From: an uncultured Erysipelotrichaceae bacterium | GTDB taxonomy: Bacteria; Bacillota_I; Bacilli_A; RFN20; CAG-826 | Direction of reading: 5' to 3' | Length of the DNA: 55,954 nt | NCBI GenBank assembly: GCA_902797795.1 | Contig: CADBUF010000070.1 | Coordinates: forward strand, 1-55,954 | Shown here: one piece after another, positions 19,978 through 28,776 of the stretch | Position numbering within the stretch: the stretch's first letter is position 1 | Layout: each line of letters starts with the position of its first letter | Notes under the pieces: generated by a model | Database searches by the model: none | What the model saw: the letters and a program-made list of their open reading frames with translations, nothing else | What the model was told of the DNA's origin: nothing | Translations under genes and position numbers: made by a program

Positions 19978-20588
19978 AGTCTATTTAAGATGGTATCGAG
20001 AGTGTTCTTAGCGACTTCTTCTTTTGATTTAGAAGCATCGATGATCACAAATCTTTCTGGGTATCGTTTTGCAAGTTCAAGGAATGTATCTCTGACTTTG
20101 TGATGGAAATCTAATTTCTCTAGATCAAGTCTATTGACTTCACGATTTGCGTTACTAGCAATTCTTTTTAAACCTTCTTCTGGTTTGATATCAAAAAGAA
20201 GAGTTAAATCAGGCCAAGTATTTTCAGTGGCAAATAAATTGATATTAAGAACATTTTCTACACCTAAGCCTCTTGCTCCACCTTGATAGGCTAAAGAAGA
20301 ATCTAAATAACGATCACAAATAACAATTTTGCCTTCTTTTAAAGCAGGCCAAACTTTTTCTACGAGATGTTGTCTTCTACTAGCGGCGTATAAAAGAGCT
20401 TCGGTTCTAGGATCCATCGCAGTATTCTTTTTATCTAAAATAACATTACGTATTTCTTCAGCAATAGGAGTGCCGCCTGGTTCTCTAGTTCTAACTATTT
20501 CATAACCTTTTTCTTGCAAAGCTTTAACAGCAGCTTCAACCGCGGTTGTTTTTCCTGATCCCTCAGGCCCTTCGAGTGTAATAAACAT
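19968..20588 (-). CDS. tmk: Thymidylate kinase
   Basis: [32 protein letters not shown]. Confidence 0.97.
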   Translation of the reverse strand: MFITLEGPEGSGKTTAVEAAVKALQEKGYEIVRTREPGGTPIAEEIRNVILDKKNTAMDPRTEALLYAASRRQHLVEKVWPALKEGKIVICDRYLDSSLAYQGGARGLGVENVLNINLFATENTWPDLTLLFDIKPEEGLKRIASNANREVNRLDLEKLDFHHKVRDTFLELAKRYPERFVIIDASKSKEEVAKNTLDTILNRLCK

Positions 20589-20599
20589 ATCGATACCCC

Positions 20600-21196
20600 T
20601 TAAATCTTATGTCGTCCTTCAAGGGCTTTAGATAAAGTTAGAGGATCAACATAATCAAGATTGCCTCCAATTTGTAGCCCATAAGCTAGACGAGTAACAT
20701 TGACGTTATAATTTTGTAAAAGTTTATTTAAATAAGCGGATGTAGTTTCTCCATCCACAGTCGGATTAGTGGCAATAATAATTTCTTTGAAATTGGATTT
20801 TTCAACTCGTGATAAAAGTGAATCGATATTTAATCCTTCAACATCCATTCCTTTAGAGATAGAAAGTTCTCCATTTAAAACATGGTATTGACCGTTGAAG
20901 CAATTACTTTTTTCAATCGACATCACATCTTTAGGATAACAAACCACCATCAAGGTGCTCTCGTCACGATTTTTATCATCGCAAATATAGCAACCATCAA
21001 TATCTGTTATCATTCCACAGATAGGGCAAAAGTGAATTTTACTTTTTAATTCGCTTATTGATTTTGCAATATCTTGGAGATCATCATCAGAAAAATCTAA
21101 AAGAGAATACGCCATACGTTCCGCACTCTTTTTGCCTACTCCAGGTAGTTTATATAAGTTTTCAATTAGATTATCTAATGACTTTAAATTGTCCAT
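20600..21196 (-). CDS. recR: Recombination mediator RecR
   Basis: [12 protein letters not shown]4 zinc finger, Toprim [11 protein letters not shown]. Confidence 0.96.
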   Translation of the reverse strand: MDNLKSLDNLIENLYKLPGVGKKSAERMAYSLLDFSDDDLQDIAKSISELKSKIHFCPICGMITDIDGCYICDDKNRDESTLMVVCYPKDVMSIEKSNCFNGQYHVLNGELSISKGMDVEGLNIDSLLSRVEKSNFKEIIIATNPTVDGETTSAYLNKLLQNYNVNVTRLAYGLQIGGNLDYVDPLTLSKALEGRHKI

Positions 21197-21197
21197 A

Positions 21198-21500
21198 TTA
21201 GAATCCTATGATTCCGCTCTTGCCTGTAATTCTTTCTTCTATTTCTTCAAATTCTTTATCGATTTGTTCAAATAGTTCATTAATACCAGAGACAATTAAT
21301 TCTTCCACCATCTCTTTATTTTCTGGTTCAAATCCATCGGCCTCAATATTAATTGATTTAATCTCTTTGCTTCCAAGAACGATAATTTCAACTAAGCCAG
21401 CTTTGTTGGTTTTGAATTCTTTTTCATATAAAGCATCTTTGGCTTTTTGAAGTTCTCTTTGCATCTTTTGTGCTTGGATCATCATTTGTTGCATGTTCAT
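21198..21500 (-). CDS. ybaB: YbaB/EbfC nucleoid-associated protein
   Basis: MQQMMIQAQKMQ N-terminus; located between dnaX and recR. Confidence 0.9.
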   Translation of the reverse strand: MNMQQMMIQAQKMQRELQKAKDALYEKEFKTNKAGLVEIIVLGSKEIKSINIEADGFEPENKEMVEELIVSGINELFEQIDKEFEEIEERITGKSGIIGF

Positions 21501-21504
21501 AAGT

Positions 21505-23223
21505 TTATTCTCCTATAAATTCAATTGTGACATCTTTGGCTTTTGGTAATTTACCAATTTGGAAAAGATTCATATATAAAGATTGAAGTTCAATTGATTT
21601 ATTTCTACTCACACCATAGACAAACATTTTCTTCTTGAATACTTGTTCCATAATTGTTTGTAATTCTGCTTGGTTATCCTTGAGATTAACCTTGTCCACT
21701 AGTTTTGGCATTTCGTAAGCAAGAACAACCATATTATTAGAAGCCACTAGTGGGCGACCATCTAATAGCAATGTTGCTGCTTTCCCTAAGGTTGGATGAG
21801 TGGATAGTTTTTTAATGTTTTTCCATTCCTCAATCAATTTACCTTTGATTTCTTTTTTAGAAAGGACCATGACATTAACCATCATGTTGTCATCAATTTC
21901 AAAGTTCTCTTCACCTTCTGCTTCTTTTGGGAAAATTACAGAATCAACAATTTTAATATCCGAATCGTACTCGATATTTACTGGTTCTTCTTTAATTGTT
22001 TCATTTATTGGTTTTGGTTCTTCTTTTTTAACTACAACAGGAGTTTCTTTAACAGGCTTAACCTCTTGATTTAGAGGCTTTCTTATATCGTAATCACTCT
22101 TTTTTGTTTCTTCTTGTTTAGGTATATATGTTTCTTTAACAGGTTTTGAATCAAGCGAAGTCATCTTAATTAATGTGATTTCAAAAATTGGATTAATAGA
22201 TGTAACGTTTTTATAGTTTTTAACTGTTTCCATCAAAATATCAATCATCTTTAAAGCATCAATATTAGAAATTGTTTTACCTAATTCGATTGCTTCATCT
22301 TCTTTTAGACATTCTAAATATTGTCCATTATAGGAAGAATTAAAAATAACTAAGTCTTTATAAATTAATAGGAGATCTTCAGTGAGTCGTTTGATATCTG
22401 TTCCTTTTGTGATGTAGTTATTTAAACGCGCTAAAACGTCACTCATATCATGCTTGGCAATGGAATTGATTAATTTGATTTTTTCTTCTTTGCTTTCAAG
22501 AGCGAAGATATCTAAAACATCTTTTTCGTTTAATGTGTTACCACTATAAGCGAGAACTTTCTCTAATATTGAAAGAGCGTCTCTCATTCCCCCATCAGCA
22601 AGATTAACAATAATGTTAATAGCGTCTTCATTATATTCAACACCCTCTTTTTCTAAGATGTCTCTTAATCTTCCTTTGATATCTTCCTCGCTAACTTTGT
22701 TAAAATCATATCTTTGACATCTACTTAAAATAGTAGGAAGAATTTTATGAGGTTCAGTAGTCGCTAAAATGAAAATTACGTGTTCTGGTGGTTCTTCAAG
22801 AGTTTTAAGTAAGGCATTAAACGCACCAGTTGATAACATATGGACTTCATCAATAATGTAAACCTTATATTTACCAAGAATTGTTCCATATTTGACTTTG
22901 TCAATAAGCTCACGAATTTCATCAACACCATTATTACTAGCGGCGTCTAATTCCAAAACATCTGGATGGCTTCCTTCAGTAATTGCTACACAATTTTTGC
23001 ATACATTACATTGGCAGCCAACTCCTTGTTCACAGTTAAGTGCCTTGGCAAATAATTTTGCCATTGTGGTTTTTCCGGTTCCACGAGGACCAGCAAAAAG
23101 ATATGCATGCGCTATTTTTCCAGTAGCTAATGCATTTTTTAATGTTCTAACAATGTGTTCTTGTCCTGCAACTTCTTCAAATGTTTGAGGACGATAAGTT
23201 CTATATAATGCTTTATACGCCAT
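21505..23223 (-). CDS. dnaX: DNA polymerase III tau/gamma subunit
   Basis: YRPQTFEEVAGQ, GPRGTGKTT, DAASN, IIDEVHML, SRCQ. Confidence 0.97.
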   Translation of the reverse strand: MAYKALYRTYRPQTFEEVAGQEHIVRTLKNALATGKIAHAYLFAGPRGTGKTTMAKLFAKALNCEQGVGCQCNVCKNCVAITEGSHPDVLELDAASNNGVDEIRELIDKVKYGTILGKYKVYIIDEVHMLSTGAFNALLKTLEEPPEHVIFILATTEPHKILPTILSRCQRYDFNKVSEEDIKGRLRDILEKEGVEYNEDAINIIVNLADGGMRDALSILEKVLAYSGNTLNEKDVLDIFALESKEEKIKLINSIAKHDMSDVLARLNNYITKGTDIKRLTEDLLLIYKDLVIFNSSYNGQYLECLKEDEAIELGKTISNIDALKMIDILMETVKNYKNVTSINPIFEITLIKMTSLDSKPVKETYIPKQEETKKSDYDIRKPLNQEVKPVKETPVVVKKEEPKPINETIKEEPVNIEYDSDIKIVDSVIFPKEAEGEENFEIDDNMMVNVMVLSKKEIKGKLIEEWKNIKKLSTHPTLGKAATLLLDGRPLVASNNMVVLAYEMPKLVDKVNLKDNQAELQTIMEQVFKKKMFVYGVSRNKSIELQSLYMNLFQIGKLPKAKDVTIEFIGE

Positions 23224-23306
23224 AAATGTACCTGAAAATAAGTATACATTAGAGTTAATTATGTTTGAAGAATTAATATTAATATTAACGATTATTTCTT
23301 GTCTCT

Positions 23307-23334
23307 TTGTAATGTCTTCATATTATGTTATAAT
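23307..23334 (+). promoter_or_regulatory. Sigma-A promoter of the prfA operon
   Basis: TTGTAA-16-TATAAT with extended TG. Confidence 0.6.
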
Positions 23335-23355
23335 CTTCCAGGCAAAGAGGTAGTT

Positions 23356-24432
23356 ATGGAATCAAGCATGTACCAAAGGCTATTAGTGGCCAGCAAAAGA
23401 CTAAATGAGATTGATCAAGAATTACTTGATGAGAACACAATGAAAGATATCAAGCATTTTCGTGAGATTTCCAAAGAAAGAGCGGTTTTAGACCCACAAG
23501 TGGAAGCTTTTAATAAATACTTAAAAGCGGAATCTGATTTAAAAGACGCGACCGAAATGAGTAACGATACTGATCCAGAATTATCAGAAATGGGTAAAGA
23601 AGAAGTTAAAAGACTCACCAAAGAATTAGAAGATTTAGAAATAGAATTAAAAGAACTTCTTTTACCAAAAGATCCTAACGATGATAAAAACATTATTGTT
23701 GAAATTAGAGGAGCTGCTGGAGGAGATGAAGCAAACATCTTTGCTGGTGACTTATTTAGAATGTATACAAGATATGCCGAAAACCAAGGCTGGAAGATTC
23801 AAATGATGGATGAATATCCATCTGAGGCCGGTGGATTTTCACAAGTATCATTTATGATTAAAGGAAAGATGGTGTATTCCAAACTTAAGTTTGAAAGTGG
23901 AGCCCATCGCGTTCAAAGAGTGCCAAAAACAGAAGCAAGCGGAAGAATTCATACCTCCACTGCAACTGTTTTAGTAATGCCTGAAGCCGAAGAAATCGAT
24001 GTTGAAATTAATCCAAATGATTTACAAGTTGATACATACCATTCTCAAGGCGCTGGTGGACAAAATGTTAATAAAACAGAATCCGCTGTTCGTATTACTC
24101 ATATTCCAACCGGTATTGTAGTTGCTTGCCAAACTGAGAAATCACAAATCCAAAATAGAGAAATTGCGATGCAGATGTTAAGAGCAAAGATGTATTCGAC
24201 CATGCTTGAAAAACAACAAGAAGAAATTGGTAATGAAAGAAGATTAAAAATTGGCACAGGCGAAAGAAGTGAAAAAATCAGAACCTATAACTATCCTCAA
24301 AATAGAGTAACCGATCATCGAATTGGTTTTACAATTCAACAATTAGATAGAGTAATGGAAGGTGAGCTTGATTCTATTATTGAAGCTTTAGTCCATTATG
24401 ACCAATCTCAAAAAATAGCAGGTGAGAATTAA
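23356..24432 (+). CDS. prfA: Peptide chain release factor 1
   Basis: PKT recognition loop, GGQ motif; ATG at 23356 after GAGG. Confidence 0.97.
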   Translation: MESSMYQRLLVASKRLNEIDQELLDENTMKDIKHFREISKERAVLDPQVEAFNKYLKAESDLKDATEMSNDTDPELSEMGKEEVKRLTKELEDLEIELKELLLPKDPNDDKNIIVEIRGAAGGDEANIFAGDLFRMYTRYAENQGWKIQMMDEYPSEAGGFSQVSFMIKGKMVYSKLKFESGAHRVQRVPKTEASGRIHTSTATVLVMPEAEEIDVEINPNDLQVDTYHSQGAGGQNVNKTESAVRITHIPTGIVVACQTEKSQIQNREIAMQMLRAKMYSTMLEKQQEEIGNERRLKIGTGERSEKIRTYNYPQNRVTDHRIGFTIQQLDRVMEGELDSIIEALVHYDQSQKIAGEN

Positions 24433-25289
24433 TGACTTACCGTGAACTATATTTCGAATTACAAAAAAAGACAAATAAATATTTAAATTTACAAGCAATA
24501 AAAGTGCTACTTGAAAAAGATGGCAATTTTAGTGATTTTTTTAACCTCATTAAGCATTTTGATGATGATGTTAAAGATGAAAAGAAAATTTTGGAAAATG
24601 TCGATAGAGTAAAAGGGGGCGAACCTCTTCAATATGTAACTGGGTACGCCTATTTTGTTAATTCAAATTATATAGTAAATAAGGACGTACTAATCCCACG
24701 GCAAGAAACAGAAGAACTCGCTGTTGGTTTATTAAAAATGATTGTTAAACTATTCGGAAAAAATCCGGAAATAAAGATCATTGATATTGGAACAGGTTCT
24801 GGTGTTCTTGGTATATATTTAAAAGAATATTTTCCAGAATCAAAAGTAATTTGCACTGATATTAGTGAAAATTGCTTAAAAATTTGCAATAAAAATGCAG
24901 CACTACATAATGTTAAAATTGAAACTAGACAAGGAAATATTCTTGATCCGATAAAGGATATAAATGATATCTCAGTTATCGTAAGTAATCCACCTTACAT
25001 CAAAGACGAATCAACAGTTGATTCTCAAACTTTAAAGTATGAACCACATCTTGCTCTATTTGCCTCTCCTCAAGAAAAGTTTTACGAAGAAATTTTAAAA
25101 GCAATTGATTTAAATTTGCTTTCTAATAGATTTATAATCGCTTTTGAAATTGAAGAAAACATGGAAAATACATTAACCCACATACTTGAAAGTAAATATA
25201 AAGGTGTAATATATAAATTCGAGAAAGATATTTGTGGAAAAACTAGATTTCTATATATAGTAAAAGATGAAGGTATAGTTAATGCTTAA
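24432..25289 (+). CDS. prmC: Release factor glutamine methyltransferase
   Basis: GEPLQY, LIPRQETEEL, DIGTGSG, SNPPY. Confidence 0.93.
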   Translation: MTYRELYFELQKKTNKYLNLQAIKVLLEKDGNFSDFFNLIKHFDDDVKDEKKILENVDRVKGGEPLQYVTGYAYFVNSNYIVNKDVLIPRQETEELAVGLLKMIVKLFGKNPEIKIIDIGTGSGVLGIYLKEYFPESKVICTDISENCLKICNKNAALHNVKIETRQGNILDPIKDINDISVIVSNPPYIKDESTVDSQTLKYEPHLALFASPQEKFYEEILKAIDLNLLSNRFIIAFEIEENMENTLTHILESKYKGVIYKFEKDICGKTRFLYIVKDEGIVNA

Positions 25290-25878
25290 AAAAGAATACA
25301 AGATTGCTAAAGAAGTATTAGATAATTCTGGAATTATCGCTTTTCCTACTGAAACCGTTATGGGTTTGGGCGTCTATTTTAATGATTACGAGGCTTATAA
25401 GTTTTTAAACAAAGTAAAAGAAAGACCAGAAGATAAACCATACACACTTATGCTTTCATCTACAGATGAGATATCAAAATATGCCTATGTAGATAAAAGA
25501 GCGCAGAAAATTATTAACCGTTTTATGCCTGGTGAAATAACTATCCTTTTAAAGAGTAAAGGAATAGTGCCATCATACGTTACTCACAATACAGGTGTTA
25601 TAGGTATACGCGTACCAAATCATAAATTATTATTAGAATTTTTATCTTATTTAAAAACTCCATTACTTGTGCCAAGTGCAAATAAAAGTGGGGAAAAACC
25701 TGCTATGACTATTGAAGAAGTAAAAGAAATATTCCACGATGATGTAGGATTTGTTTTTAATGGACGAGCTTTAGGTGGTGTTCCTTCAACTTTAGTTGAC
25801 CTCACAAATAAAGAAGTTAAAATTTATAGAGAGGGAAACATTAAAGCTTCAGATATATTAAGTGCTTTAAAGGAGTGA
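25282..25878 (+). CDS. tsaC: L-threonylcarbamoyladenylate synthase (TsaC/Sua5, YrdC domain only)
   Basis: FPTETVMGL, K.RP.DKP, GIRVP, SANKSG. Confidence 0.9.
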   Translation: MLKKEYKIAKEVLDNSGIIAFPTETVMGLGVYFNDYEAYKFLNKVKERPEDKPYTLMLSSTDEISKYAYVDKRAQKIINRFMPGEITILLKSKGIVPSYVTHNTGVIGIRVPNHKLLLEFLSYLKTPLLVPSANKSGEKPAMTIEEVKEIFHDDVGFVFNGRALGGVPSTLVDLTNKEVKIYREGNIKASDILSALKE

Positions 25879-25883
25879 TGTTT

Positions 25884-26321
25884 ATGTTAAAAATTGCAGT
25901 TGGAAGTGATCATGGCGGACTAGAATATAAAAACGCTATTAAAGAGCATTTAGAAAAAGAAGGTTATATTGTAATTGATGTTGGAACATATACAAAAGAT
26001 AGCTGCCACTATCCTATTTTTGGTGCTGAAGTAGCTAAAAAAGTTTCTAACAAGGAATGTGATTTCGGCGTAGTTGTTTGCACTTCAGGCGAAGGAATTT
26101 CAATGGCGGCAAACAAAATTAAGGGTGTTAGATGCGGTATTGCCTATAACGATGATGTAGCTAGATTAATGAGACAGCATAATAACGCTAACGTAATATC
26201 TTTTGGGCAAGCGTTTATGGAACTCAACGATGTAATCAGGAGAGTAGATATATTTCTAAATACAAAGTTTGAAGGCGGTAGGCATCAAACAAGGGTCGAT
26301 TTAATATCAGAATTAGAATAA
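25884..26321 (+). CDS. rpiB: Ribose-5-phosphate isomerase B
   Basis: GSDHGG, CTSGEG.SMAANK, HNNAN, FEGGRH..R. Confidence 0.93.
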   Translation: MLKIAVGSDHGGLEYKNAIKEHLEKEGYIVIDVGTYTKDSCHYPIFGAEVAKKVSNKECDFGVVVCTSGEGISMAANKIKGVRCGIAYNDDVARLMRQHNNANVISFGQAFMELNDVIRRVDIFLNTKFEGGRHQTRVDLISELE

Positions 26322-26340
26322 GTTACTCTTATAAAAATTG

Positions 26341-26372
26341 GTCATTGCTTTATTGGGCGATGACTTTTTTTT
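26341..26372 (+). terminator. Intrinsic terminator of the prfA-rpiB operon
   Basis: GTCATTGC...GCGATGAC stem followed by T8. Confidence 0.8.
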
Positions 26373-26505
26373 ATTTTTTCGAAAAATTTTTCGATATAAC
26401 GACTATTAAATATATGAGAGGACTTTTTATGAAATATCGTCAAAGACATGAACTCTAATAGTGTATTAATTATTAATCCAAAATCTATATCAGAAAGGAG
26501 AATAA

Positions 26506-26829
26506 ATGAGCAAGAAAAAGATTTATAACAAGCACTTAGAAGAAGGACGTTTTTATATACATAGCGATGGTCATGGAGGTCATCCAGCTCTCCTTTATAA
26601 GAAGAGTGACAAGAAAAATGTTTATTTTGTCATTGTTTTCACATCATCACCAGGCCCAAAAAGAAAACAGCTTAAACACAGTATTGAACCAATTAAGATA
26701 AAATTTTCTTTTGTGCATAATACGCCAAAAATTAGTTCTAGGCGTGAACTAGGTAGAAAACCTATGAATGGATTAAAGATAGATAAAGAAGACAAGCCTC
26801 TTATCGAAACCATAAAAAGAAAAAAATGA
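26506..26829 (+). CDS. Small basic hypothetical protein, PemK/MazF-like endoribonuclease candidate
   Basis: Strong SD AGAAAGGAG. GRFYI..D...GHPALL......VIVFTSS resembles the MazF/PemK G.IY...RPALV......IV.PITS pattern; resemblance judged by eye only. Confidence 0.55.
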   Translation: MSKKKIYNKHLEEGRFYIHSDGHGGHPALLYKKSDKKNVYFVIVFTSSPGPKRKQLKHSIEPIKIKFSFVHNTPKISSRRELGRKPMNGLKIDKEDKPLIETIKRKK

Positions 26830-26868
26830 TTCACAAGACCGTTTAACGATCTCTACGTGCGAATCACT
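26814..26868 (-). ncRNA. Candidate ~50-nt bulged-hairpin small RNA convergent with the 107-aa ORF
   Basis: 11-bp + 7-bp stems with 3 G-U pairs valid only on the minus strand; U7-C-U5 tail; upstream TTGCAT-17-TTAAAT promoter-like element. Confidence 0.45.
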
Positions 26869-26904
26869 ATATATATTTAATCAAAAGAAAGGAGATGATG
26901 CAAT

Positions 26905-28068
26905 ATAGAAACTTATAAATGTCCTATTTGTGGAAACACCGATATTCATTCGATAGGAATATTAAATGGCAAGCCATATTGTCGTAGATGCATTTCTTTT
27001 AAAGGTGAAGAAGTAGAACATAAACCATCTTATCCAAAGAAAGCACCTATATATCTAGAATATGAACTATCTCCAGAGCAAAAAGAATTATCGGATAAGT
27101 TAGTTGAGAACTATAAGAAAGGAATTGATAGTCTAGTTTATGCGGTGTGCGGATCTGGAAAAACAGAGATCATTCTTAAATGTATTCAATATTGTATTAA
27201 TTGTGGAGATAAAGTAGCGTTTGCAGTACCTCGAAAAGATGTATGTATTGAATTATCAAATAGGTTAAAAACTATTTTTAATAAAAATAAAGTAATCTCC
27301 TTATTTGGAGGACATACAAAAGAAACAAAAGGAGACATAATTATTCTCACCACACATCAACTATATCGATATAAGAGCTATTTTGACTTAATCATTCTAG
27401 ATGAAATAGATGCATTCCCATTTAAAGGAGACAAAATACTTGAAGCAATGTTTTATTCATCTTTAAAAGGACATTATATAATGATGAGTGCCACCCCTTC
27501 TAAAGATGTAATAAATCATTTTGAAAAACCGGGTAAAGATATATTGAAATTAGATATTAGATTTCATCATAAACCATTACCAGTTCCTAAGTTTATAAAA
27601 GGACCAACCATACTGCTCTTTATTCGTATGTTATTTCTACTAAAGAGATATACAAAAGAAGGAAAAAGAGTCTTTATATTTGTACCTACAATATCAGAAT
27701 GCGAGCAGTTGTTTTTATATGTTCATCTATTATTTAAAAATGGTAATTATGTTCATTCAAAAAGGCGAAATCGAAGTGAGATAATCGATGCTTTCCGTAA
27801 TAAAGTTTATGACTATTTAGTAACAACATCAGTTTTAGAAAGAGGAGTAACAATGCCCAATTTGCAGGTAATAATCTATAAAAGTCATGAAAAAATTTAT
27901 GATAAAGGAACATTAATTCAAATTTCAGGAAGAGTAGGAAGAAAGCAAAACGCTCCCTATGGTGACGTGATTTTTTTGGCAAATAAAATAACAAAAGAAA
28001 TGGAGGAATGTGTCAGTGAAATTAATAGAAGCAACAAAGTACTGCAAGATATGTTTCAATCAAATTAA
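26905..28068 (+). CDS. comFA: ComFA-like DEAD/DEAH helicase (competence), with non-canonical or damaged start
   Basis: Frame open from ATA 26905 encoding CPIC..CRRC, AVCGSGKTE, DEID, SATP, TSVLERGVT, QISGRVGR; the ORF-track start at 27145 is internal. Confidence 0.8.
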   Translation: METYKCPICGNTDIHSIGILNGKPYCRRCISFKGEEVEHKPSYPKKAPIYLEYELSPEQKELSDKLVENYKKGIDSLVYAVCGSGKTEIILKCIQYCINCGDKVAFAVPRKDVCIELSNRLKTIFNKNKVISLFGGHTKETKGDIIILTTHQLYRYKSYFDLIILDEIDAFPFKGDKILEAMFYSSLKGHYIMMSATPSKDVINHFEKPGKDILKLDIRFHHKPLPVPKFIKGPTILLFIRMLFLLKRYTKEGKRVFIFVPTISECEQLFLYVHLLFKNGNYVHSKRRNRSEIIDAFRNKVYDYLVTTSVLERGVTMPNLQVIIYKSHEKIYDKGTLIQISGRVGRKQNAPYGDVIFLANKITKEMEECVSEINRSNKVLQDMFQSN

Positions 28069-28651
28069 AGACAATTCATTTTACTCTTTGTTGCACAAAG
28101 ACAATTTGCTCTGCGAAAAGTGTTTTTCCTCTTTAAAAGCAAGATTTATAAATTTTAAAATTGGCAATATAAATTCTATAGCTATATATGATTATGATGA
28201 CACCATCAAAAAACTCATTTATACATTTAAAGGATGTTATGATTACGAACTCAAAGATGTCTTTTTAAATAGATATCTTACTTATTTAAGAATCAAATAT
28301 GCTGGATACGTTCTTGTACCAATTCCTTCTAGTGAAATCGACGATCAAAAAAGAGGGTTTAATCACGTTAAGGAAATGTTTAGTGCTCTTAAACTCCCAT
28401 ATATTGATGTTCTAAGAAAAAATAATAATGAAAAACAATCGGCTAAAAGCAGTAAAGATAGGTTAAATATCGATAATATTTTAGTTGAACAAAATATCAA
28501 CATTCTTTATGGGAAAAAAGTGCTGATAATCGATGATATTTACACAACAGGAGCAACAATGTTCAAGGCAATTCAACTAGTGAAAAAAGCTAATCCAAAA
28601 GTTATCAAAGTGTTAGTAGTAGCAAAGACCATTGATTTAAAAAAAAGGTAG
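28010..28651 (+). CDS. comFC: ComFC/ComF phosphoribosyltransferase-fold competence protein
   Basis: CKIC..CEKC, RGFNH, IIDDIYTTGAT; follows comFA (GTG at 28016 is an alternative start). Confidence 0.9.
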   Translation: MSVKLIEATKYCKICFNQIKDNSFYSLLHKDNLLCEKCFSSLKARFINFKIGNINSIAIYDYDDTIKKLIYTFKGCYDYELKDVFLNRYLTYLRIKYAGYVLVPIPSSEIDDQKRGFNHVKEMFSALKLPYIDVLRKNNNEKQSAKSSKDRLNIDNILVEQNINILYGKKVLIIDDIYTTGATMFKAIQLVKKANPKVIKVLVVAKTIDLKKR

Positions 28652-28776
28652 TCAAAAAATGAGAATAGTTAATATTGAGCAAAATGTATTAGCGTTGACT
28701 AATACAAAAATGATATATTTATTATCGAACGCAAATTTATTCTTTTTAAAAAAGAAAAATAACGGAGGCACATCAT

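Noticed and set aside
23224-23355. SRP RNA (scRNA), which lies upstream of dnaX in B. subtilis
   Set aside because: Short AT-rich divergent promoter region without GC-rich stems or the SRP domain IV motif.
26322-26505. Type III antitoxin tandem repeat array upstream of the toxin-like ORF
   Set aside because: No tandem ~35-55 nt repeats are visible; the only terminator is that of rpiB.
26370-26905. IS or prophage remnant integrated at comFA
   Set aside because: No integrase or transposase, terminal inverted repeats or clear target duplication; the shared AGAAAGGAGA at two sites is explained by SD sequences.
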